A stretch of 64,000 nt of DNA from the IMG/VR virus record IMGVR_UViG_3300029288_000144, positions 1 to 64,000 of that record; one strand, given 5' to 3'. Both the position numbers and the translations under genes were made by a program. Under the pieces are notes generated by a model. The model made no database searches and had not been told where the DNA came from. It saw only the letters and a list, made by a program, of their open reading frames with translations. This DNA is from a virus (lineage: Duplodnaviria > Caudoviricetes). Every line of letters begins with the position of its first letter. Position 1 is the first letter of the stretch. Positions 44,701-54,884 of this stretch are shown here, in pieces.

Positions 44701-47700
44701 TCACTGTTCCAAATATCCATATACGTTACTTCAGAAGATATAACCGACGCCGATACAAGAACATTCCCAGCACTAACAACATTTATTTTAGGAGTTATTA
44801 CAGTCCCCGTTTTTTTACCAAAGGGGAAGTTGTTTATTACATTTAGAATTGGTGTGGTGCCAGCTGATATAACAAATGGGGTTATCGAGAAATCTGTTGC
44901 TGATACAGCATCATAAACAACTGCGGATAGGTTGTGAATTCCAGATGGAGGAGAATTCCAATTCCAAATAAAACTACCATCAACACTAATAGCTGATGTT
45001 ATTACCTCGTTTGCCGAAACTATTTTCACAACGCAATTTGAATTTCCATCAGCATCCAAAACTAATCCAGTTACAGGTATAGTTCCATCATGACAAGCTG
45101 GACCCATGGGATTTGTTAATGTAAACGTTGGGATATTATTAGCTGATATTGAATGTAAATTTGAAGTTGCTGAAGAACCATATACATCTGTTGCCGTTAA
45201 GAAAATATCATAAACCCCCCCAACATTGTTAAATATTTCCAGTTCGGCTGATACATTTATTGTTTTGCTCCAAACATCACCTATATTTGTTCCTACTCCA
45301 ACACTCGTTGTAACTACGCCATTCGTTATGAAGAATTCCGCTGAAGGAACAGCTGATGAATTTGTAATATTTCCAATAAGCGTTATGTTTGTATTTTGTA
45401 ACGAATACATTCCCTCGGCTGGAGGGGTTATCAGCGTTACTTCGGGGGCTTTTCTAACAGCCGATGCCAAAATTGTTGATGTTGTTGAGCTTCCACCAAA
45501 TGAATCAAACACTGTTGCTGAAATAACACTTGTTCCGGACATTGGATTCTGCCACACATATTCCCACGAACCTGATGTAAAATTTTGATAAGTTTTTATT
45601 GTTCCTAGTCCTATTGTTGTTGAACTGGTATATGCTGAAATTGTGGTTACGTAATCGTTCACATCGGTCCCAAAATCTGGTTCGTAAAATCTACCAAAAA
45701 TAGTTAAAGGCGATGTATTTGAATACGGCGCAGGAGATACAAACAATGAGACATTCGGAGTCTGGTTTCCATACGCCATATAAATTTCGGACTCTGCCGA
45801 ACAACCTTTTGAAGTGGTAACCGATAGTTTATAGTAAATCCTCTGCCCCATTTGAAGAGAATCATAAACTTCAACATTCTTTACGACTTCCGAAACTTCA
45901 ACCAAATTCCAGGTAACACTGTCAATTGATTTGTATAGCGAATAAGTTGCCGTGTCACCATGATAAAAATCAACACCCCCAATATCAAATTCAAATAACT
46001 TAGTAACCTCTCGGGTGTTTATTACCGAAATATTATTTGATGGGTGTGTTTTTGTAATCACCGGTTTTCTGCTCGAAACAACATAGAAATCTGCCGAAAC
46101 ACTATCATATTCGTAGTCAAATTTTGCTATGTATCTAGCGTTTTCGTTAAATGGTAAATTTGAATAATTGCTTGTCCAAACATCACCAACTGTTATATTT
46201 GAATCAATATAATTGTAATTATAAGAACCCCAATTAGCGCCATTATATTTACTCATTCCTGATTGTGTGGCCACCCATATGTTACTGTTAGTTTTTAGGA
46301 TACATTTAATATTATCATCTGGAAATGATTTATATGTTTTAGTATCATATACAACCCAATTTGCAGAAACTTGCGATGCAGAAAAATCAATTCCTGTAAA
46401 TTTTAACAGACCGCCATTAAACGCACCATTGACGCCTTTCCCGAATCCAAAATATTTGTCCGACCCATCAGCAAACACATATGAACATTGTAAATTCTTT
46501 AATGCGGTGGATGATGAATTTAATCCATTTGGCCAAGAAGGAGTATTATCAGGATTTGCGTATTGCCATGCAGAGGTCGTTGTGTTATAATATCCAAGGC
46601 CGCTAGTAGAACCAACATAAATATTTCCGTAAACATCAACATCAACATCAACTACATCCGGAATCGTTGGTGTAGGAACCTTTACGAATTCATCAGTAGC
46701 GCTTGAGTAAATACAAACATTCAACTCTGTTCCAACAACAAGGTTTGAATTATTGTGCTTTAATGATGTTATATATTCGTTAACCGGTGTCGAATAACTT
46801 GTAACGAATGGGTCGTTGAAATTATTTCCTACAATTTTAAGAATATTGTTAGCTGCACTCCACGACAAACTAAACCACATATTATCATTATCGTCTACAG
46901 CAATATTATTTACTTCTACACCTTCTCCAAAATTAGAAAATATCGAGTTTGTTGTGTTGTAGTAAATCCAATCATTTGACGACACCGAATTCCACTTTGT
47001 TGTATCAAAACGAATTAGCCCAGACCAATATCTATTGCTTAGACCTATAAAAGCCATGCCGTTAGAGTTCATTCCTAAACATGTTAGATTTTTATAAGGG
47101 ATGTCTTGAAAATAAGATTTCCAAATATTTGTGGTCGAATCAAATCTCCAAAGTCCATCATTTTCCGTAGCAACCCACAAAACATCCGAATTATTAACAT
47201 CTTCGACCATATCAACAACAACCGCCGATATTGGCAAAAATGTCCCAGAAACTGTTATTTTTCCTGTGGCCGATGTGTTTGAAACAGTTCCAGCAAATGT
47301 TACAACCCCGTCGTTACAAACAATTCCGGATGTTGTTATTGTTAGAGTTGGCGCATCAACAAGAACTATTGTTACCAACTCACTGAAACCGTAAACTCCT
47401 TGGTCCGATTCAGCTTTCGCGAAAAATTGAATAATGTTGCTTCCTGATGGGAATGTTATCGACCCGGACCACAAATCTCCATTATTTGTTAAATTACCAG
47501 CAAAAACATCTTGGCTATTGTTCTTGTAATAAACTTCAACATCCGTTATACTTCCTCCAGATACTGATGATTCGGCATTTACTACAACTGTGTTTGAAAA
47601 TAAATTAGAATTTTCTAGAGGTTTCTTAATTTCGATGTTTGGAACTGGACCAATCGGATTTGCTACATTATACGCAATTAGAAGTTGAGGCTTTCCAGTT

Positions 47701-49139
47701 GGTGTTCCTGATGAAGAAAACCTGGAGGAATTCATTTTATAAACAATTGGAGCAACGCTGGTCTCGTTAGAGCTTGGATGGAGTTTTATTAAAAATCCAT
47801 GGTTTTCTGTAGGATTCAATCGCCAATATTCAACAATATCTGACACATTAACATCAATCCAAAAGTGTTTATTATTCTGTGCGGATGTAAAATTTTCATT
47901 AAGATTTACATTTCCAAGCCAAACGTGTGCCTCGGAATCATAATCTCCACCGACCGAGCTCCAAGTTGTTGAACTTGTAGCGTTTGACCAAGTTGCTTGA
48001 GATTCCTCCCACGCCTTTGTTATTCTGTGAACCGACACATGTCCGTCGTTAGCAGAATAATTCCAGGCTCCCGATGTCTCTAAAACATTCAATCTTAAAA
48101 TGGCATTACGAATACTTGTGGCTGAAGTTGGTATTCCCCCAAGGTCAAATTTCAAAAGAGACCGGGTTGTAGTTGAAGACGAACTTTTAATCTGGAGTAG
48201 ATTTTTATCAACAGAATTAACGGCGACAGGATTGCTCTCTCCATCAGAGATATACACGCCTTGATTAGCACCACTTGTTGAAGTAGGCTCTAATTTGATT
48301 TGATTAACTATGTTTGGGTGATATCCAGGCATTCCCCTTCCAACATCCGTTTCTTCATTAACATCTACCCAAGCACCATCAACAAATTCTTGTAGAACAA
48401 AGTGTAAATTATTATCCAAGGCAGACTCGAGCTTAGAATACCAATATTCCGATGGTTTTGATGAACTATTAAAATAACCGGATGTAGGGGATATAAAAAT
48501 TTCAGTCCCTGAAAGACCGCAATTTGACGGAATCGAAAGTGACGAATTCCAAGAAATTATAAATTTTGTATCGCAACGCCGAGAATCAACTCGCACATAT
48601 TCAGCTGCTGATAAAAACGATAATGCTGGAGCGGGAGCAGCGGTTGTTGAACCTGAATACACCTCTTGCGTATACGGTATAAACCACGTAACCGAATAAC
48701 CAACATTTGGCGGCAACTCTGTCAAAACAATATCGAAGTAATAATCTGTTCGGTTTATTATAGAAATAGGAGCTATGTAAGAATTATTCGATGGTATGTT
48801 TAGGGTAATTATTGGTGCTAGTTTTGAACTATCTATTACTTCGTGATTAACTCTATAAACATATGAAGATGTGTTAAGATTAACAATACCAGTTTGCCCG
48901 ACACCCGAATAATTTGGATTCGGCATAATTGTAAATGGTTGTATTGTTCCGTTACCCACACCACCACTAACGATAGTTTCGGATGCCAGTCTCGACTGGC
49001 TCCATAAATATCCGACAACCCGAACGGCTGACAATGAAACAGAATTAGTATCAGTATTAGTAATTTGAAGATTTACAGAATATTTTGAATTATCATCATA
49101 ACCAGCGCCGCGACAAACTTTCAAATCCAATTTAGACAT
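41724..49139 (-). CDS. giant baseplate wedge gp7-like / adhesin, 2471 aa
   Basis: follows gp6; C-terminal LHDPDTMELDYIQFFANYLGY...WYSIKTT tail-protein domain; DNRLRE-like domain, beta-propeller repeats, many Ig-like repeats. Confidence 0.8.
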   Translation of the reverse strand: MSKLDLKVCRGAGYDDNSKYSVNLQITNTDTNSVSLSAVRVVGYLWSQSRLASETIVSGGVGNGTIQPFTIMPNPNYSGVGQTGIVNLNTSSYVYRVNHEVIDSSKLAPIITLNIPSNNSYIAPISIINRTDYYFDIVLTELPPNVGYSVTWFIPYTQEVYSGSTTAAPAPALSFLSAAEYVRVDSRRCDTKFIISWNSSLSIPSNCGLSGTEIFISPTSGYFNSSSKPSEYWYSKLESALDNNLHFVLQEFVDGAWVDVNEETDVGRGMPGYHPNIVNQIKLEPTSTSGANQGVYISDGESNPVAVNSVDKNLLQIKSSSSTTTRSLLKFDLGGIPTSATSIRNAILRLNVLETSGAWNYSANDGHVSVHRITKAWEESQATWSNATSSTTWSSVGGDYDSEAHVWLGNVNLNENFTSAQNNKHFWIDVNVSDIVEYWRLNPTENHGFLIKLHPSSNETSVAPIVYKMNSSRFSSSGTPTGKPQLLIAYNVANPIGPVPNIEIKKPLENSNLFSNTVVVNAESSVSGGSITDVEVYYKNNSQDVFAGNLTNNGDLWSGSITFPSGSNIIQFFAKAESDQGVYGFSELVTIVLVDAPTLTITTSGIVCNDGVVTFAGTVSNTSATGKITVSGTFLPISAVVVDMVEDVNNSDVLWVATENDGLWRFDSTTNIWKSYFQDIPYKNLTCLGMNSNGMAFIGLSNRYWSGLIRFDTTKWNSVSSNDWIYYNTTNSIFSNFGEGVEVNNIAVDDNDNMWFSLSWSAANNILKIVGNNFNDPFVTSYSTPVNEYITSLKHNNSNLVVGTELNVCIYSSATDEFVKVPTPTIPDVVDVDVDVYGNIYVGSTSGLGYYNTTTSAWQYANPDNTPSWPNGLNSSSTALKNLQCSYVFADGSDKYFGFGKGVNGAFNGGLLKFTGIDFSASQVSANWVVYDTKTYKSFPDDNIKCILKTNSNIWVATQSGMSKYNGANWGSYNYNYIDSNITVGDVWTSNYSNLPFNENARYIAKFDYEYDSVSADFYVVSSRKPVITKTHPSNNISVINTREVTKLFEFDIGGVDFYHGDTATYSLYKSIDSVTWNLVEVSEVVKNVEVYDSLQMGQRIYYKLSVTTSKGCSAESEIYMAYGNQTPNVSLFVSPAPYSNTSPLTIFGRFYEPDFGTDVNDYVTTISAYTSSTTIGLGTIKTYQNFTSGSWEYVWQNPMSGTSVISATVFDSFGGSSTTSTILASAVRKAPEVTLITPPAEGMYSLQNTNITLIGNITNSSAVPSAEFFITNGVVTTSVGVGTNIGDVWSKTINVSAELEIFNNVGGVYDIFLTATDVYGSSATSNLHSISANNIPTFTLTNPMGPACHDGTIPVTGLVLDADGNSNCVVKIVSANEVITSAISVDGSFIWNWNSPPSGIHNLSAVVYDAVSATDFSITPFVISAGTTPILNVINNFPFGKKTGTVITPKINVVSAGNVLVSASVISSEVTYMDIWNSDEYGNKLSLISASVPNNSAYIPTEYTGTLKYILIETRTIGGCLDYEILAFYVLGPTVELSNFSNCGSTIRINGSLFFDGVSGSNPYIDNTFIAKLYADNTYVTDLSLSQTNDSYAFNYLWSNPIDGTTNLNFICVNEYGNFIYNYPISSLTTGDVKNVIFPTNYSHNVSGIYIVPVSATNITISSSMDVFDVKETQFIIETDDSIEVLYSSTNTISFSIIKDKIYNIKSKVITNGGCEVYSEYITLIRTAFLSNIGTIESSNCAGDKLHISGIVAKAQFISSYGTSGNPYLFSTETITSAVVYDNFETPVYTISEISALSNNDFVTFDFDYYPVVGTSAFTLYTSSTLFGVDMKNKNTHPIQEATTSVLTSPTSGLYYPLMSYVDFSVSSSNTNISEIQYYMNNQLVNGNSALVTVPGIIEFYAKTTTTNGCYSYSTKVSSTVISYPVAFITNPVNNSYIMSGTPFNIDTLVSPSSFGQISAVEVYDGVTLIGNSSEISNNVWRITNNSNVSSLVAKIYDTTGLTALSPIVNVNMIEETISTISTTTSSYSVSANITISATGTTPNSATIVSTEVYEIVNGQLIYVGTTTNGTLTIPASLLTPGSHTLISKTTDNLGAYSYSEPITIIVTTVGLISYPTIIHINSVPESLVEEYGKTITSNFRISDMAYGILSATIGVVGGNISSLVSVNSNKIYDVAVEISASGNVTISAMNQLSNSATFTMNNCVFACDGRKINLTNYVPNHLAFDNNGQESEYITLTSFFEGYLNTLYQNLDQPCSLGVLEKTNRLRNLHDPDTMELDYIQFFANYLGYNVDVNKSELGGFISSPNSSAYNDGPDNNEVFIEYQKKALRFVVRNLPNWYSIKTTRNAIKTLLLSFGIFGDLLEVYTNDYVSDWVINNIPPGTYVSPEMTNDRFPTPHMYVSIDINNTSLENIYGSEQMLTSVYKSFEAIRPANVVFEGLVGQFKTESPEIYVSGRYQLEGNLFINKTIS

Positions 49140-49167
49140 TAACCACCTCGTTAAAACTATTTAGTTA

Positions 49168-51768
49168 TTAACGATAGTAAACATATTGAGAAAGTTCCGG
49201 AGCCTTTATTCTTACTATCTCATTCTTTATAGTATAATTTACAGCATTTGTATATTCATCCATCACACTATTCTGTAAATCGTTTATGAAAGAGTTTCTA
49301 AAAATATCAACAACCAGTGAGAATTTTGTATTTAGAAAATCTGCAACTTCAATAGGGTTAGCTTTGGAGATTAGACGAATATCTTTTCCAAAAATAGAGT
49401 CAAACGAATTTGTATTAACTGAATTTGTATTAAGTTGTCTTAGCGAACACCCAACACAACTATCCTTGTTGGAAATATAACCCTGAACATAATGAAGAAT
49501 TGAAGAATTTGCTTTGTTGTCTGTCGCGATAAGTTTTAACTTATTGTAAACACAATTCATCATTCCAATATAGAAATTTCTCTCACTTGGCTTAAAGTCA
49601 TAGATTAAATCTTGCTCACTATCACCATCAATAAAAACCCTACAGTATCTCTTGTTCCAAATATTTTTAGACGGCCACACAATATCCGTAACAACAAATT
49701 TCTGATTTGAATAGATGTTTGGGTCAACTTTATATGTTACAGTCTCAAGTTGAGGCAAAACCATCAATATCGCTTGTTTAGTATCATTTGAATACGATGA
49801 AAGTATTTCGGAAAGAGTCCAAGAATATATATCATAACTGTTATAAAGATATGGTTCCGAAATACTTCTTATATTATCAGTTTGATTATATATTTTACCA
49901 ATTGGGTCAGAATCGTATGTTGCTGAGACTACTCCAAATCCTGTTGCGCTCGTAAAACGACTATTTGTTAATGCGTCTTCGTAAAATTCATTATTCGATA
50001 AAAGTTTTATATCTGCGTGATGAACTTCTGGGAAGCTTTCAATTATCTCCAGCAAGTTTGAAATATAAACAGGAACGTCAAAATCAGCATTATTGTCAAG
50101 GTATTCATAAATGGCGTTTTTAATTTTGTTATTTGTATTTATCCTATCTGCTAATGCGTTAAGATAAACATACCCCCCGATTTTCAAATCTTTTATTATT
50201 GGCGAAATATATACATTCTTTACCGTAACCTGCGAACGATTCTTTAATTTATCATAAACTAATCCAACATCATCAAGCTCTCCAGATGATTCGAATTTTT
50301 CATCTTTGAGTGGAGTTGTTGAATCGCCTACTACTAATAAATCAAACCAATTATTATCTGCCAACAATCTATAAAAATCTTCATCTGTAGCAATGGAATC
50401 ATAGGTATTAACACCATTTGTCACTGTTTTATGATACATGCTTCCAAGAATTGAAAAAAGAACAACATTAAACATTTTAATATTAGGAACAATTTTATCA
50501 ACCGTCTCTTCTTGTTCACCCCAAGCAATAGCATTTTTAACAGTTATCGGCGAAGTTAATGTTTTCAAAAAGTTCACATAATCTTTTGAAGAAACGCATC
50601 TGTCTAAAGAATAGAAAATACCAGGAGCATTTACTTTCATAGATTCGATAGATTCAATATCAGCGCCGCCAGTTATGTTCTTTCTTAAATAGAAATCGAC
50701 ATCCCCGCTTTGGAAAGAACCAAAAGATGAATTTTGACAAAATACTAGTTTACCAACAACTCCGATTTGATTAGCTAAGGACCCAGCCGTGGATAGATAT
50801 TTAACATAAAGATGTTGATTAAATGATGGGCCAATTTTACCTATATTATCATCCGCGAACAACACCTCAACCGCGTCATCCATAGCCGTTCGTATCACAC
50901 AATATTTTGAAGACTTTCCAGTATCTCTTGCAGATAAGGACGAATATGTAGCATCGTTTAAGAAAGAACGACGGTCAATATAAAACTCTCCGGAGTTATC
51001 AAAATTATTCATGTCTGGAGCAAACGCGGTAACTTCCGTTTCAGCAACACCAATCCTTGTAAAATTATGTGTTACATCAATAACACCCGTTGATGAGTTA
51101 TAACCATAATCTTCTGAACCATATAAATTTGAAAACCCCTTATCGGATATTTTATAAATTTGATATCTTGTATTTATTTGTGGATTGTCTGTTGGAGCTA
51201 AATCATAAGCCAACAAATCTCCCTGAATTAAAGTTATTGGCGTTTTATTATTGTCAGTAATTTGTTCATTTGGTTTAAGAACCCCAACGTCTGTTTTGTC
51301 GTAAAAATCTAATGTAATTGAATAATTCGGGTCTGTAGCAAAATTGTTTATATCTGTCTGTGTTAATGTGTAGCTTATAGAATCCTTAAGAACGTAATTA
51401 TACCCATTGAATGAAAAAACTGTTCCTTTGTTTAGAATAAATGTGTTTGGTGAGGTTCCGGCGGATTTTATCTTAATTCGTATCGAAGTTGTTGCTGGAA
51501 TTGGTCTCTGAACAACATATCCAAGCATTTTAGACAACATGATAACCGAACTTCTTAATTTTGCCGAATCTAAGAAGGATTCTTCCGCACGTCTTCCGAT
51601 ATAATAATTTGTAAAATCTGTCGTTGCTGCAAAAATTTCAACAAGAACGGAATATAACTGAGATTCTGTAAAATTAGAAAACCTCGGGTCTTTTGACATT
51701 CGCGATATTATGCTCTGTTTTATTTCGCCATAAGAAAGATTTGCGTAATTTAGAAAGTTAGATTCCAA
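49168..51768 (-). CDS. gp6: baseplate wedge protein (T4 gp6-like)
   Basis: RAEESFLDSAKLRSSVIMLSKMLGYVVQRP, VLFADDNIGK, TGGADIESIESMKVNAP...RCVSSKDY. Confidence 0.88.
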   Translation of the reverse strand: MESNFLNYANLSYGEIKQSIISRMSKDPRFSNFTESQLYSVLVEIFAATTDFTNYYIGRRAEESFLDSAKLRSSVIMLSKMLGYVVQRPIPATTSIRIKIKSAGTSPNTFILNKGTVFSFNGYNYVLKDSISYTLTQTDINNFATDPNYSITLDFYDKTDVGVLKPNEQITDNNKTPITLIQGDLLAYDLAPTDNPQINTRYQIYKISDKGFSNLYGSEDYGYNSSTGVIDVTHNFTRIGVAETEVTAFAPDMNNFDNSGEFYIDRRSFLNDATYSSLSARDTGKSSKYCVIRTAMDDAVEVLFADDNIGKIGPSFNQHLYVKYLSTAGSLANQIGVVGKLVFCQNSSFGSFQSGDVDFYLRKNITGGADIESIESMKVNAPGIFYSLDRCVSSKDYVNFLKTLTSPITVKNAIAWGEQEETVDKIVPNIKMFNVVLFSILGSMYHKTVTNGVNTYDSIATDEDFYRLLADNNWFDLLVVGDSTTPLKDEKFESSGELDDVGLVYDKLKNRSQVTVKNVYISPIIKDLKIGGYVYLNALADRINTNNKIKNAIYEYLDNNADFDVPVYISNLLEIIESFPEVHHADIKLLSNNEFYEDALTNSRFTSATGFGVVSATYDSDPIGKIYNQTDNIRSISEPYLYNSYDIYSWTLSEILSSYSNDTKQAILMVLPQLETVTYKVDPNIYSNQKFVVTDIVWPSKNIWNKRYCRVFIDGDSEQDLIYDFKPSERNFYIGMMNCVYNKLKLIATDNKANSSILHYVQGYISNKDSCVGCSLRQLNTNSVNTNSFDSIFGKDIRLISKANPIEVADFLNTKFSLVVDIFRNSFINDLQNSVMDEYTNAVNYTIKNEIVRIKAPELSQYVYYR

Positions 51769-51770
51769 TG

Positions 51771-52970
51771 TTATATCCTCTTTGAACTATTTAGCATTCC
51801 TTCTATCGAACCATCGTTTATTGATTTGTGATAATACGGCATCCGTTCAAATTCAACAGTATTTCTCTTCAAATAAATTTTAGCAAATGTAAGATAATCA
51901 TAAATCTTTTGAATTCTATCATTTACATCCGATAAAGATGGGTTATTTTCAACCGTGTTCACTATGACTACATTTCTTGCTAAAATATATTTACATATCA
52001 AAATATCTCGGTCGTCCATAGTAAATGGAAATTGTATTTTTTCTATAAGCCCAGAGATGAGAACATCATCTTTTTGTATTTTTTTCAAGTTATTTAATTC
52101 TCGACCAAAAGATTTATCAAAACTTATATTTCTATTCTTTTCAAAAATTATAAAGTCGCCAACAATATCTCCATTTAATATCTTTGTTTTTAATATTGCC
52201 GACAACTTTTGGCAGATTTGCCTTTTTGTTTGAACATCTTTTTTATCAGCTGGTTTGTGCCAAACATGGTCAACATAACATTGTTTTGCCGCCATAAGAA
52301 TATTATTACCCGTTCTATATAAACAATCCGAAATAAAATTATCTTCACCACCCCAAGAACCATCAAATTCCGGGTTAAATACTCTTGGCATTCCCGATAT
52401 TTGATAATTTATTTTTTTACATAATTCGATTGCTTGTTTGTTAAAAGCCAAGTTACAAGAATATGTAAAAATTGATTCTAATGTGACTCTACTTGAAATT
52501 AACAGTCTGGCGTTCTTATCAGTAAACGAATAATCATTACCCCACATGTTATTGATTCTCTCATCTTCTTCTCGTTCTCCGGCTTCCGTCAGCATTACCC
52601 GACGACCACATGAAACCGCTGGGATTGATGATTGATATAAACACTCGTCATGTAGTTCTACTAACTTATTCCCCGGAAGACAGTCCCCATCTGTAAAAAT
52701 TATATTATTGTAATCTGGATAATTTTCAACAACATAATTGATACCAAAATCCCTAGTCATCCCTGCTGAAAAGTTAACTCCTTCGTTTTTTATCAAGCAT
52801 CTGATGTTTAAATCTGTTTTTGATGATAAGAATATAGCTCTTGAATCATCTGAACATCTATCAAAAACAAATAACAACAAATCCGGTCGTTTAGTTTGTT
52901 TTTCATAGCAGCTTATAATTTTTAAAATATTTTTACCTTGATTGTGCGACGGAACAATAACAATATTCAT
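51771..52970 (-). CDS. glycosyltransferase family 2
   Basis: IVIVPSHNQ, DRCSDDS, FTDGDCLP (DxD), SCNLAF, WGGED, DHVWH. Confidence 0.85.
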   Translation of the reverse strand: MNIVIVPSHNQGKNILKIISCYEKQTKRPDLLLFVFDRCSDDSRAIFLSSKTDLNIRCLIKNEGVNFSAGMTRDFGINYVVENYPDYNNIIFTDGDCLPGNKLVELHDECLYQSSIPAVSCGRRVMLTEAGEREEDERINNMWGNDYSFTDKNARLLISSRVTLESIFTYSCNLAFNKQAIELCKKINYQISGMPRVFNPEFDGSWGGEDNFISDCLYRTGNNILMAAKQCYVDHVWHKPADKKDVQTKRQICQKLSAILKTKILNGDIVGDFIIFEKNRNISFDKSFGRELNNLKKIQKDDVLISGLIEKIQFPFTMDDRDILICKYILARNVVIVNTVENNPSLSDVNDRIQKIYDYLTFAKIYLKRNTVEFERMPYYHKSINDGSIEGMLNSSKRI

Positions 52971-52982
52971 AAAACCTTTCTA

Positions 52983-53366
52983 TCATATTGATATTTTTTT
53001 GTTATAACTAACTTTGATTTTGGCTTTGTTTATTATAAACGGAACGCTCAAAGATAATGAATGCTCTCGTGTGTTTATATTCAACCGGCAATCTTTAGAA
53101 ATCACTGTTATCCTTGGTTCAAATTTATTCAAGGACGCTATTAAAGAATCGAGAAGACGTTCCCCATTTTGTGTTGTGATATTACGAAAAACCGTCGCCA
53201 TTAAAATTGAACCAAACTCCGGCTCAAACACTCTTTCTCCAGGAACCGTTAACAAAATGTTTTCAACAGATTGCAGAATTGCTTTCGAATCATAAACATC
53301 AGATTGAGTTAATGAGTCTTTTGACAAATCAATAGCATAATCCGATATTTCAAACCTATTAAGCAT
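52983..53366 (-). CDS. gp25: baseplate wedge subunit (gp25-like)
   Basis: AILQSVENILLTVPGERVFEPEFGS...FEPRI. Confidence 0.9.
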   Translation of the reverse strand: MLNRFEISDYAIDLSKDSLTQSDVYDSKAILQSVENILLTVPGERVFEPEFGSILMATVFRNITTQNGERLLDSLIASLNKFEPRITVISKDCRLNINTREHSLSLSVPFIINKAKIKVSYNKKISI

Positions 53367-54381
53367 TTTGGAAATCCTCAGTGTAAAATACCGTCACTTT
53401 TCGTGTGTTTTTATTTTCTTCTGGTTTCGTTACATTTGTCGTATCAATCGGTGTGTTGTTGGAGATTTGAAAATTAGTATTGTCTTTTTTTATTTCGGAT
53501 TTTACAGAATTAAATTTTTCTTTAGAGTCGTTAGCATCATCCGATAATTGTTTGAAAATATCTTTTGTGTTGTCTAAAGTTGTTGTTAACGAATTTAATA
53601 TCTTTTCTTTTGATACTGCCCACGTTGAAGACAAAGATGTTAACGACGGTCTTGGCTTTCTTTCACAATCCATTTTCTGACCAAAATCATCTAAAAAGTT
53701 TTTTGTAGATACCGAAAAATCACAAGCAGCGAACGCACAATCCATAAAAGGCTCAACATCCTCATTGATTATTTTCAAAATCTGCGACATTAAGGCTTCG
53801 TATTCGGCAATTTTTCTTTTAATCAACCGTCCAATGTAATGAGCATTTAACCAGTAATCAGCATCTAAATATTTTTCAAACTGCTGAAGATATGCTAATA
53901 ATGAATTTATAATGTTGTCTATGTAATTATTCAATAGTGTCGTTGTTGACAATCTACAAGCAATATATTCAAATAAATCATAGTTACTGTTTATTGTAAC
54001 TCCATAAATTCCCAAAGATTCTAATGTTTGTTGTTTAATCGGATTTGGTCCGAATATTTCATTAGCTACCGATTCAGGAATAACACCGAATTCTATCAAC
54101 TTTTTAATAGCTGGTAAACAAGAATATAACAATGAACAAAAAGATTTCCGGGCTTTAGAAGCATCCGTGTTTCTCATTGTAAGATAAGATTTTATTAGGT
54201 CGGAGATTTCTTTTGCGTATTTAACAAGAACGTCATTTATTATATTTTTTAATTTTTGAACAAGCTGTCGTATCTGGTCTAATATTTTTTTGGGTATGTC
54301 TTTCAGATTATTCAGTAATGTTATTAAAGAAAACCAGGTGTCTCTTAAGATGTCACAAACATTTTTCTCAGCATTACTCAT
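53359..54381 (-). CDS. hypothetical helical virion-associated protein, 340 aa
   Basis: long ORF in structural operon. Confidence 0.7.
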   Translation of the reverse strand: MSNAEKNVCDILRDTWFSLITLLNNLKDIPKKILDQIRQLVQKLKNIINDVLVKYAKEISDLIKSYLTMRNTDASKARKSFCSLLYSCLPAIKKLIEFGVIPESVANEIFGPNPIKQQTLESLGIYGVTINSNYDLFEYIACRLSTTTLLNNYIDNIINSLLAYLQQFEKYLDADYWLNAHYIGRLIKRKIAEYEALMSQILKIINEDVEPFMDCAFAACDFSVSTKNFLDDFGQKMDCERKPRPSLTSLSSTWAVSKEKILNSLTTTLDNTKDIFKQLSDDANDSKEKFNSVKSEIKKDNTNFQISNNTPIDTTNVTKPEENKNTRKVTVFYTEDFQNA

Positions 54382-54389
54382 ACTGTTAT

Positions 54390-54884
54390 TTAGAGTCTGA
54401 ACTTAGTTTCGTCTTCAATTTCCGTTTTTGAATTGGTTGTTGCTAACCCTGAAGAAAAAGCAGGTTCTCCAATAAGCGACGATAACGTAGTTCTCAACAA
54501 AGCAATTTCATTAGCAAGACGAACAATTGCCGAATGAACATTATCTACACCATTAAGATTCGTGTTTGTTGATGTGTTTTGAAAATTAACATTAACTGCC
54601 GAATCAACTGAACCGGAGAATCCATCTCTCAAATTTGTCAGAACTGATTTTGTTATAGAATCAACAATGACTTCGATTGGAACTGCCGAATTAGGAACTT
54701 CTAAACCGTTTTTGTATTGGAGAATATTTCCTGGAACTGTTGGATTTACCGCATCGCTTGTTGAAAGTGCGGACGTATACAATCCAGAATCAACAAGATT
54801 TGATATCGCGTCTGCATAAACTGGATTTGTTGGGGTGGCTCCATAATATCTAGCAACTACTTTTTTAACATCTACCGACATCAT
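54390..54884 (-). CDS. hypothetical virion-associated protein, 164 aa
   Basis: GGAGG RBS, ATGA coupling to gp5. Confidence 0.7.
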   Translation of the reverse strand: MMSVDVKKVVARYYGATPTNPVYADAISNLVDSGLYTSALSTSDAVNPTVPGNILQYKNGLEVPNSAVPIEVIVDSITKSVLTNLRDGFSGSVDSAVNVNFQNTSTNTNLNGVDNVHSAIVRLANEIALLRTTLSSLIGEPAFSSGLATTNSKTEIEDETKFRL

